Source: Nemertoderma westbladi
Lineage: Eukaryota; Animalia; Xenacoelomorpha
Reading direction: 5' to 3'
NCBI GenBank assembly: GCA_032718475.1
Contig: JAUCBJ010002303.1
Coordinates: 20,694-84,693 of the forward strand
DNA length: 64,000 nucleotides
Shown: positions 1 to 10,563 of the stretch, one piece after another
How the letters are laid out: the number at the start of each line of letters is the position of its first letter
Numbering within the stretch: the first letter of the stretch is position 1
Notes under the pieces: generated by a model
Told to the model about the DNA's origin: nothing
The model's database searches: none
What the model saw: the letters and a program-made list of their open reading frames with translations, nothing else
Program-made: the position numbers and the translations under genes

Positions 1-4
1 CGAG

Positions 5-1261
5 TTGATTACGCTGTCGCCACAACTCAACGAGGATGGGATTCTAGTAATGAATTCTAGGGTGGGATATAACAACAGTATAGTCGTGCCACCGAAACCC
101 ATCATCATTCCCACAGGATCGCCTATAGTCCACCAGATCATATGGGACTCCCACAAATCGATATTGCATGGGGGCACCAACCGAACCCTCACAGAGATAA
201 GGAGGACCTATTGGGTCAAACAATTAAGAAAGAAGGTTAAAGCGGTAGTGGGGCAGTGCCAGACCTGCCGACGAGCGAAGAAGGAACGAGCCGTACAGGA
301 GATGGCGCCACTACCGGCGAGTAGGGTAAGACAGCACGACCCGCCATTTACGCATTGCGGTGTGGACATGTTCGGGCCGATAAAGATCAAGGTGATGCGA
401 CACACGGAGAAACGCTACGGTATTATCTTCGTATGCAACAATACGCGGGCGGTAGGGATAGAACTCGCCCAAGATGCAACCGCATCAGCATTCATTAACG
501 CCTTAGAAAGGTTTAGGGACCGCAAAGGTGGGACGATCGCAGTGATATACAGCGACAACGGCACCAACTTTGTGGGCGCAGAGAGTGAGATGGCAGAGGC
601 CTTGGAAATCTTAGAAGGAGAAGAAGTCAGGGCAGCCATGAGAAGACGACAAGTAAGGTGGGAGAGAAGGACGCCGTATGCACCACATACACTAGGATAC
701 GTCGAGAGACTGGTGGGCAGTTCAAAGCGTCTAATGACGAAGTTAATGAACACCCACATGGTCACTGAGGACGTCTTACGGACAGTACTTGCGAAGTGCG
801 AGGGGATCATTAATAGCAGACCGCTATACCCGGAGAATGATGACCCTGAGTCATTAGACGTGCTGACGCCTAGCCATTTTCTGATGGAAAGGCCAGCGAC
901 CATCGATATGCGGGGTGTAGACCCAGATGATATACATTCCCGCCAGAGTTGGAAAGTCGCTAAAGCAATAAGCGCAGAGTATTGGAGGAGGTGGGTAGAA
1001 GAATACCTACCCACGCTCCATAAGCGAAGCAAGTGGAGGAAGCCGAACAGGGAGTTAAGAGAGGGAGATCTCGTAATCGTCACGGATGATACTATCATCA
1101 ACAACCAGTGGCGGTTGGCGAGAGTCGTAGGCACCTACTCCGACGAGGACGGAAGAGTCCGATCGGTAGAAGTGCGGATAGGTGGAAAGATAGGTGCGAA
1201 AGACAGAAAAACCTACAGGAGAGCAGTAGGTAAATGCTGTCTTCTAGAAGGGGCACCTTAA
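5..1261 (+). CDS. BEL/Pao Pol C-terminus (integrase), open in the visible part; begins before the window
   Basis: H..H..CxxC Zn motif (HKSILH...CQTC), GVDMFGP, YSDNGTNFVGA, ERLV catalytic motifs, BEL-typical WRRWVEEYLPTL / GDLVIV / DGRVRSVEV tail. Confidence 0.93.
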   Translation: MITLSPQLNEDGILVMNSRVGYNNSIVVPPKPIIIPTGSPIVHQIIWDSHKSILHGGTNRTLTEIRRTYWVKQLRKKVKAVVGQCQTCRRAKKERAVQEMAPLPASRVRQHDPPFTHCGVDMFGPIKIKVMRHTEKRYGIIFVCNNTRAVGIELAQDATASAFINALERFRDRKGGTIAVIYSDNGTNFVGAESEMAEALEILEGEEVRAAMRRRQVRWERRTPYAPHTLGYVERLVGSSKRLMTKLMNTHMVTEDVLRTVLAKCEGIINSRPLYPENDDPESLDVLTPSHFLMERPATIDMRGVDPDDIHSRQSWKVAKAISAEYWRRWVEEYLPTLHKRSKWRKPNRELREGDLVIVTDDTIINNQWRLARVVGTYSDEDGRVRSVEVRIGGKIGAKDRKTYRRAVGKCCLLEGAP

Positions 1262-2242
1262 TATAGAGTTAGAGTGGAGTTTAGTCGTCCAAGTTTTGGA
1301 CTGAGGGGGGTGGGATTGAGGGCGAGACGCCCTTCCCACACAAATAAAAATAAAAATAAAATAAAAATAATAGTTAGTTAGTTAGTAGGTACGTAGTACC
1401 TAGAGTTAGTTAGTTAGTTAGTAGGTTAGTAGTTAGAAGGAAGTGGCGGCAAAGGTCTGGAAGCAGAAAGCGGATGATGCCAGAGGAGCGGTGATAACCA
1501 AGAAACGGGCCAGGGAAGAGGACGTGAGGAGGAACAGATAAGTTCCCAGAGACGAGGGAACGAGGGAGTGGGACTGAGACTGGAAAGTGGTGCGCCTGGA
1601 AGGCGCCGCATGGAACGTACGAACTATTAAAATACAAACTTAATTAATGCAAATAACATATAAGTGCAATTTGTATGTACGTACATAGTGATTAGTAATC
1701 TAAAATACATACGTTTGGAGTAAGTACTATAGTCATACAACCTTTCTCAATTAGCTACTGGGACTGGGGGATAAATGACTATGGCACTATGGACGAGACA
1801 ACTGACAATTTCACGCTTCTTGAGTGCGACGGCACGAGAGGGGGGGGAGGTTCGTCAGGAGAGATAAAATAGTCAAAGTGGAGTTGAGGATCGGAGTAAG
1901 AGTGCAAAGTGCGGAGAGAGTGCGAATGCAATTCTAGTGTGGGGGGGGAGAATAAGAGGCTGAGTGAGGGACGAGGAGGTCCGGGGGTATGAGAGAGTTA
2001 GGGTGAGAGTAGAGGGGAGATAGGGCGAAAGTGTTGGGGAAACAAAAGTCGCGATCGGCCCGACATGAGACGCCAGGCACACAGGGTAGCATTATCATAC
2101 CCATAGGGGGCGGCCTGGAAAGCCGACCCCGAGAGAAAAGAATTCCACCCCACACCCGATACTAGATCGGGATCCAGCGGGATTGTAACGCACTTTTTTG
2201 GTTGATGCTATCTTCTTACCGGGAAGATAGCATGGGGGGGAG

Positions 2243-2783
2243 TGTTAGCTTATTCAATCCCGCCAACACCCCATAAAGTTATAAGCCGATAAGCAATATT
2301 GGGAGCCACGAGATTGGGCAATTAACCAACTCGTGCCATCCCAATAAGAGTGGGAAGGAAGCACACAATAGAGGGTCAGGGGCCAAACCCCTAACCCAGA
2401 GAGAACAGGTGGAGTGAACGGGAATACTCCACGGGGCGCCAACAAGGGTATTAACCAATCAGAGGGGGGAATGGCATCGATTGAGTAGCAGTAAGGCCAC
2501 CGTGCAATATAACCAATAACCTATTAATCAGGGATTCAGTTATCTCAGTGCAGCAGTGCTAGCGTAGGGTACAGTCAATTAGTTTAGTTAGGGGATCACG
2601 GGACTTTAGGTACCGTATCCCGCCTTGTACACATTATACCTATATCTATATCCTATGCCCTGTTATTATTATACACCGAACTTCAGAACTCAGTTACCTT
2701 TATTTCACCCTTATACACGGCGGGGACGCGTGGACTAAATTACCACATCGGATAAATCGGGATCCCTCCTGGATCCCGTCACA
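2243..2783 (+). repeat. 3' LTR of BEL element 1 (541 bp)
   Basis: TG...CA termini, preceded by PPT; alignable but clearly diverged from 13467-14033. Confidence 0.85.
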
Positions 2784-5700
2784 GAGAGGGCAGACGAAGC
2801 GTCGAGCCCGATCAGAAGAGGGAAGAAGAACAGTGGAGTTTAACCGGGAGGTCGAAGAGAGATCTCACGAGCGGGAACACTGCACTGAAAAGAGAAGAAG
2901 AGAAGATAGTAGGAGAAGTATCGCTGCGAACGATAGGAGAGCGAGGACGGATAGCGAGCCGTCGATAGTCGAGATGGGAACGGAGAGTCAGTGGGGTCGA
3001 ACTTCGGGAGATTGCCGTCGTCCCAGAGAGGCGCGACCTGACGAGGCGCACTGCGCGCCGATAGAGGGGTACGCGATGTACCGGCACAAGGACGAGAGCA
3101 GTGGAGGGGGTCGAAGAGAAACTTCCCGGCGGGATACAGCTACCGATCGAGAATACGGTAGCCGCGGGGAGGATTACTCGAGAAGATTAAACTTCGATCC
3201 CGAGCGACACATACAGACTGTGGAACATACTGTAGGCCTTACTGCACATACCATAGGCCATGCTGGCAGGAATAATTTAGGCGATAGGATAGCGCGGACA
3301 AAGGGATTAAACCCGGAAGTCGCGGAGTACATACCGGCAGGTAGGCCAGAAGCTGACAGGCCTATTCCGGTACCAGTACAACAGTATGACTACAGCATGC
3401 AAGGACATAACATATACCCAGGGGAGGGGGGAATTATTGCGGATAGGTGCATGGGCCCCAATATATTAACATCAACCCCAGTATCAAACATACCGGTGGG
3501 GGGGGGGGGGGGGGGGACAGGGTGACATTCCCCCATCACAATATCAACAATATACCCCGATAGGAGCAAGAACAACGAGACCCTTGGATGAAAATAGATC
3601 ATGCGACACAGAAATATGGAGGGGGCCGCTACCCCCAATGATATACCCAAGCCAGAGGAAGGTAGAAAATAGGACGGACGGACCACACCCAACAGGAGAA
3701 ACTATACAACATCCATCGAACCCATTGGAAGCGCAGGCGATGGGGATGGCCACGTTGATCGATGCGTTAAAAACTAGGATCGAGTTACCAGCCGTGGAAC
3801 CGTTTAAATTCGATGGGAGTAGGCCAGAAGAATATCTGCAGTTTCGGCGCATGTATAGTAACGAAATACTAACAAAGAACTTGACGCAGGCGGAGTGCCT
3901 AAAATATCTGCAAGTATATACAGGAGGCCCAGCATACGACATCGTGAGGCAATACCAGGGCATAGAGGGCGGCTTCACGACGGCATGGCGGGCACTGGAC
4001 AGGGAATATGGGCACCCGGCCAAGATCATCTGGCAAACCCTGAGGGGCATAACATCGGGTGGCCTACAGGATAATCCCGTTAGCATTAAGACGTTCGCGA
4101 ACAAAGTCGAGAAGGCGCTAATCGTGTTAAAGACGCTAGACGCGCCATACGAACTCAACGCGTCCAACAACATCACCACGATAGCGCAGGCACTACCGAT
4201 GTGGCTGCGCAACAAGTGGAGGAAAATCGCTTTCTCCACTCGAGATAGGAAGGGTGCGGAACCGGGTTTAGAAGAAATGTCGAGCTTCTTAAACTACGAA
4301 GCCGAATTAATAACCGACCCAGTCTATAGTGAGGACAGCCTGGGAAAGGGACCAAGAACCGATTACCATAGACTGAAACCAGAACACAACACGTCAAACG
4401 CATTGCCAAAGCTCAGGCAATCATTGCCATAAGCAACGACGCAGGGGACTGCAAGTCCACAGGTAGCCGAGGGTAAGACCACATCATGGAGCGGACAGGG
4501 GAAAAATAACAACACAAATAAATATAACCCCAGTACGCCCAGTAGGCCGAACCCAAACAATAAGAATAGTAGGGACTTTGGTACAAATGCAACTGCGATA
4601 CGCAATGCACTGTATAAGGACGGCTATAACCCAAAGAGCAAATGCCAGCTACATACAAATGCGCTTCATCAAACCATGAACTGCAGGTACTGGCAAGCCC
4701 TACCCAGGGAAGATCAGGTAGAATACACGGCGAGAAATGAGATCTGCTCGCGATGTGTGATGAGTGGACATAGAGCTAGGCAATGCAAGGAGACGCCGAT
4801 CAAGTTCGGTCAAAGCAAAGGCCAAACGATGGCAACGAGCACAGTAGGGGTGAAGAAGAGAGGAACGGTGCTACTTGGGGTAGTACCAGTGCGAGTGATT
4901 GGAGAAGGCAATCGATCAGTGACCACACTGATGCTGGTAGATAGTGGAGCTGCCTTCACATTAATCGAAAATTGGGTGGCCGAAGAGATAGGATTGAGAA
5001 CGAGGCCAAGTAGAATGGAGGTAACAACAATTTCTAGCAAAGATGAGGTCCTGGAGATGAGGACCGGACGGTGCGCGATTGCAGCGGTGGCACCGGGATG
5101 CGACTATGGGGCGACCATCGACCCTATCCAAGTGATAGAGTCAATAAATATCAATGCCAGGCGGCCAACCAACATCGAGGTCGAACAATATAAATTCCTG
5201 GACGATATCGACTTCTCAATCCCAGAGGTGGACGTTAGGAAGGTATCCATCATAGTAGGAATGGACTGCCCGACGGCCCACGAAAGAATGCAAACGGTCT
5301 TCGGCGAAGACAGGCAGTGTGACCTGATGGCGATATTGACACCATTCGGGTGGACGCTGAGTGGCCCAATTAAGAGTAAGATACCATTTAGGATGTCGGA
5401 GACATCAGGATGCATGTTCGCAGGAACTATGTAAGAAATGGGGGATGAGAGAGCGGAGGAACAGCTCAAGAGACTGCTCAGGCAAGATTTTGAGGGACTA
5501 AAGGAAACCGGGGTCGGGACCTCGGTGGAAGACAAGCAGGCTCAGCAGAGCGTAAAGGAGTCTATGAGATGCGACGAGGGGCGGTATACCATAGGAATGG
5601 TATGGAAGCTACCAAAGCTACCACTGCCCGATAACAAGGGAATGGTACTCACGAGGCTTCATAAGTTGAAACAGACATTAAAACGGAGCCCCGAAAAGAA

Positions 5701-8700
5701 TGAGTACATTCACAAAACAATCAGAAAGTACGTCGAGAAGGGATGGGCCGTGGAGTTACCGGTCGACGAACCGAACACGGACAGGACATATTACCTGCCA
5801 CTCCACGTGGCTTTAGATCCGAAGAAAGGTAAACTGCGGATGGTAGTGGACGCATCGGCAAAGACCGACGGGAAATGCCTAAACGACTATCTGCTAGAAG
5901 GTCCCAACATATACAACTCAGGGATAGAGGTCCTACTCAGATTCAGGAATGGGAAACACGCCTTCACCTGTGACATAGAAGGCATGTTCAACCAAGTCCG
6001 TGTGACGGAAGAGGATAGCGACAGTCAACACTTCCTATGGTACAACGGCGACGTGGAACCGTCGACAATACTGATGTACAAGATGATAGTACAGAATATG
6101 GGAGCCAAGTCGTCTTCATTCACGACGACTATGGCCGTAAGAGACACAGTAAAGGGAAAGGAAGATAAATACAGTACTAGAGCCGTCGATATGATTCGAC
6201 GCGGCTTCTACGTAGATGACGGGATGGAGTCTGGAAATACGGTTAAGGAGCTACTGGACACAGGGCGCGAGGTTCGTGACATCCTTAAAGGATCCGGCTT
6301 CAACCTAACCAAATTCCAATCCAGTTCGAAGGAATTTATCGAGGCGATAAAAGATGAGAGACCAGGATCGACCATGGATAATCCCACAACAGCCAAGGGG
6401 CAGGACATGGCGAACAAGAGGATAGAATCTCAACAGAAGGCACTGGGAATCGTGTGGAACAGAGAGACGGATGAACTGAAGTACCAGTTGAGTCAGGAGG
6501 GCGCAGATATCCACACAAAGAGGGGCTATGTGTCGTACATAGCAAGGATATACAATCCCCTAGGCCTAGCATCCCCACTATTAGTCACGGGGAAACAGAT
6601 ACTCAAGAGAGTATACAAACTAAAGGACGAGTGGGACGCAGAGATACCGGAAGAGATCAGAAAGCAGTGGTATAACTGGACAGAGAGCCTGGAGCAGATG
6701 GGAACATACAGCATGCCAAGAGTGTATTTCCCGGATGGGGACATGACAAATCTGGACCTACACATGTTCTCTGATGCATCGTTAGAGGCATACGGAGCGG
6801 CACTCTATTTAGTACAACGAGAGGGGGCTCACAAGCCCTGACTGGCCTTCAGCAAAGCGAAGTCAACGCCACCAGATTCAGCATCAGTTCCCAAACTAGA
6901 ATTGACAGCTGCGAGACTAGGAGTTAGGGCTACAGCCTACCTAATGGATGCTATTCCCAACATAGTGGAGACACACTACTGGACGGATTCCATGGTAGTG
7001 CTTGGTTGGCTACATAACAAAATGACGAGATACCCTATATTCGTCGCGAATAGAGTGGACGAAATAAGGGCGACCACAGAACTGGAAAGGTGGCACTACT
7101 GCCCAACGGACGAGAACCCAGCGGACTTGTTATCGAGGGGCGTGGTATGCCACACTTTCTTGAAGAAGGAAGTATTGTGGCAACACGGGCCACAGTTTCT
7201 GAGCGATAAGGAGGCCTGGCCGCCGATGAGAAAGGTGGACCCGGGCTCAGGAGAAGTAGTGTCAGAAGGAGAAGAGGGAGATTCAGAGGGAGAAGAGATA
7301 TACTCCCAGATAGTGAGGGAGATTAGGGGCGTGCAACCAAAATCAGAAGAACCGTGCGATAACCTGGCGGATAAACTCCTTAGCTACAGTTCTAGCTGGT
7401 ACAAGACCAAGAAATTAGTGGCGTACTGGAGAGCCTTCGGGAATTTCCTCAGGGGAGTTGGCAAAGACGTGAAGATTAGAATGACAATAGATCTGGAAGG
7501 AGCGGCCAAAGCAGTCATCCGCTACGAGCAGAGGAAGAACTACGGCGACGAGGTGGAACGCGTCAGTAAACAACAGCATCTACGGTGGGACAACGAGCTC
7601 ATCACGCTGTCACCACAACTTAATGACGACGGGATCCTAGTAATGAACTCTAGGGTGGGATACAACAACAGTATCGTCGTACCACCGAAGCCCATCATCA
7701 TCCCCACAGGATCGCCGATAGTCCACAAGATTATTTGGGACTCCCACAAGTCGATATTGCACGGGGGCACCAAACAGTTGAGGAAGAAAGTAAAGGCGGT
7801 AGTGGGGCAGTGCCAGAGCTGCCGACGAGCGAAGAAGGAGCGAGCCATACAGGAGATGGCACCACTATCGGCGAGTAGGGTAAGACAGCACGACCCGCCA
7901 TTTACGCATTGCGGTGTGGACATGTTCGGGCCGATAAAGATCAAGGTGATGCGGCACACGGAGAAACGCTATGGTATTATCATTCGTATGTAATAACACG
8001 CGGGCGGTAGGGATAGAACTCGCCCAAGATGCAACCGCATCGGCATTCATTAATGCCTTAGAGAGGTTTAGAGACCGCAAAGGTGGGACAATCGCAGTAA
8101 TATACTCAGACAATGGGACCAACTTTGTGGGGGCGGAGAACGAGATGGCAGAGGCCTTGGATATCCTGGAAGGAGAGGAAGTCAGGGCAGCCATGAGGCG
8201 ACGACAAGTAAAGTGGGAGAGGAGGACGCCGTATGCACCGCATACCCTAGGATGCGTCGAGAGACTAGTGGGTAGTTCGAAGCGTCTGATGACGAAGTTG
8301 ATGAACACCCATATGGTTACGGAGGACGTGCTAAGGACAGTACTTGCGAAGTGTGAGGGTATCATTAATAGCAGACCGCTATATCCAGAGAATGATGACC
8401 CTGAGTCACTAGACGTGTTGATGCCCAGCCATTTCCTAACTGAAAGGCCAGCGACCATCAATATGCGGGGTGTAGACCCAGATGACATACACTCCCGCCA
8501 GAGTTGGAAAGTCACTAAGGCGATAAGCGCAGAGTATTGGAGGAGATGGGTTGAGGAATACCTACCCACGCTTCACAGAAGAAGTAAGTGGAGGAAGACG
8601 AACAGAGAGCTGAAAGAGGGTGATCTCGTGATCGTCACGGATGATACCATCATCAACAACCAGTGGCGGTTGGCGAGAGTTGTAGGCACTTACTCCGATG

Positions 8701-8816
8701 AGGACGGAAGAGTCCGATCGGTAGAAGTGCGGATAGGTGGCAAGATAGGTGCGAAAGACAGGAAAACCTACAGAAGGGCTGTAGGGAAGTGCTGTCTTCT
8801 AGAGGGAGCACCTTAG
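2784..8816 (+). pseudogene. Disrupted gag-pol of BEL element 2
   Basis: Gag FDGSRPEEY and Cys/His knuckles (CSRCVMSGHRARQC), protease LVDSGA, RT DIEGMFNQV and FYVDD, RNase H FSDAS / WTDSM / NPADLLSRG, integrase. Broken by a G-run frameshift near 3500, stops at 4430, 5432 and 6839, a 39-bp in-frame deletion near 7772 and a frameshift near 7980. Confidence 0.92.
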
Positions 8817-8980
8817 TGTAGAGTAAGAGAGGAGTTTAGTCGTCCAAATTTTGGACTGAGGGGGGTGGGATTGAGGGCGAGACGCCCTTCCCACACATAA
8901 AAATAAAATAAAAAATAAATATAAATAATAATAACTAGGTACGCAGTAAGTAGGCAGATAGAAGTTAGATAGTAAGAGTA

Positions 8981-9740
8981 GTAAGAGGGTACGTAGTACC
9001 GTTAGTTAGGAGTGTTAGAGGAGTAGTAAGAGGGTACGTCGTACCGTTAGTTAGGAGTGTTAGAGGAGTAGTAAGAGGGTACGTAGTACCGTTAGTTAGG
9101 AATGTTAGAGGAGTTAGTAAGAGGGTACGTAGTACCGTTAGTTAGGAGTGTTAGAGGAGTAGTAAGAGGGTACGTAGTACCGTTAGTTAGGAGTGTTAGA
9201 GGAGTAGTAAGAGGGTACGTAGTACCGTTAGTTAGGAATGTTAGAGGAGTTAGTAAGAGGGTACGTAGTACCGTTAGTTAGGAGTGTTAGAGGAGTAGTA
9301 AGAGGGTACATAGTACCATTAGTTAGGAGTGTTAGAGGAGTTAGTAAGAGGGTACGTAGTACCGTTAGTTAGGAGTGTTAGAGGAGTTAGTAAGAGGGTA
9401 CGTAGTACCATTAGTTAGTTAGTTGAGTTAGAGGTTAGTAAGAGGGTACGTAGTACCGTTAGTTAGTTAGTGGAGTTAGAGGTTAGTAAGAGGGTATGTA
9501 GTACCGTTAGTTAGTTAGTTGAGTTAGAGGTTAGTAAGAGGGTACGTAGTACTGTTAGTTAGTTAGTGGAGTTAGAGGTTAGTAAGAGGGTACATAGTAC
9601 CATTAGTCAGTGGAGTTAGAGTAGTAAGAGGGTACGTAGTACCTTTAGTTAGAGAGAGTAAGAGTTAGAGGGTACGTAGTACCGTTAGTTAGTTAGAGAG
9701 AGTTAGAAGTTAGTAAGAAAGTACGTAGTACTAGTTAGTA
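8981..9740 (+). repeat. Internal tandem array of BEL element 2, 45-48 bp unit, about 17 copies
   Basis: Unit gtaagagggtacgtagtaccgttagttaggagtgttagaggagta; core GGTACgtaGTACC is an inverted repeat. Confidence 0.95.
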
Positions 9741-10202
9741 AGAGATAGAGGTAGAAGGGTATATATAGTATAGATATTAGTCAGTAGTGAGTAGCGAGAG
9801 GGGGGCATATGAGTACAGCTGGATAAATCGTGTGGCCATGCGACGCATACTGTTGTACTGCACAGGTCCCACAGAATAGGCCAGAATGTGGATTATAAAA
9901 TAGAATAATCCATAGATGATAGTAAGTAGTAGGACAGTAGAATTAAAATTAAATTAAAAATAAAATAAGAATAGGGCTGAAAATTAGCAAATTATGGTAA
10001 CAGTGGAAAAGGAAATTCTGGAATATAATTAAAGTAATGGACAAAATTGCGATTTAGGGTACATTTAGTAGCTTCATAATTAAGTAGTGTAAAGAATAGG
10101 CGATAACTCAGAAATTCAGAGAGAGATAGGCCATCGAACTGAAATAAACCATCTAAACCTATCACTCATCCTATAGCGCCTTGGTAAGGCACCACCCAAA
10201 GG

Positions 10203-10563
10203 GTGAGCGATCGGGCAGAGTTCGAGATGGCAAGCAAACTTGTGCGAAAGAGAAAGGCGGAGCTAGGAGGAAAGGAGATACTGGTGGATTTCACCAAGAG
10301 GCATCCGGAAGAGAGGACAAGGGGATACTACGAGCGGTTAGAAAAGGGTCACGCAGTGCGAGCGCTACAGGACCACTTCAGGGAGGTGCACGAATAGCGG
10401 CTGGTCGGGACCTACGGGACGCCGTCGCTGGACAACGCGATCTTCGAGCATTTCCACTACGTGGTGAAAGGAGACGAGGCGAAGTTCGGGATTCCGAAGT
10501 ACGCAAGAGAGTCAGAGGAAAGATTGGAAGAGGTTCATAGAGTCCGTCAACAGGGGAGGATAC
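10203..10563 (+). pseudogene. Probable disrupted N-terminal extension of the extra ORF
   Basis: Same purine-rich coding-like composition. Frame 10203 reads on past a TAG at 10395 (RLVGTYGTPSLDNAIFEHFHYVVKG). The frame of the 10564 ORF is open back to 10468 (QRKDWKRFIESVNRGGY-MILDDEG), implying one stop and one frameshift. Confidence 0.55.

Larger units (their letters stand above)
1..2783 (+). mobile_element. BEL/Pao LTR retrotransposon, element 1 (3' part: integrase, deleted 3' region, PPT, 3' LTR)
   Basis: Integrase ORF 5-1261; GGGGGGGAG polypurine tract directly before TGTTAG at 2243; LTR ends CCCGTCACA at 2783; collinear homology with 7590-14033. Confidence 0.92.

Noticed and set aside
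415-1134. Antisense ORFs over integrase, DHDH, actin and the extra ORF
   Set aside because: Shadow frames of real coding sequence with no independent motifs.
5432-6841. Programmed readthrough or frameshift in gag-pol
   Set aside because: Stops fall inside domains and accompany other lesions; decay is the simpler explanation.
8981-9740. CRISPR-like array (also considered for 46176-47955 and 55541-58771)
   Set aside because: No unique spacers, no cas genes, eukaryotic context.
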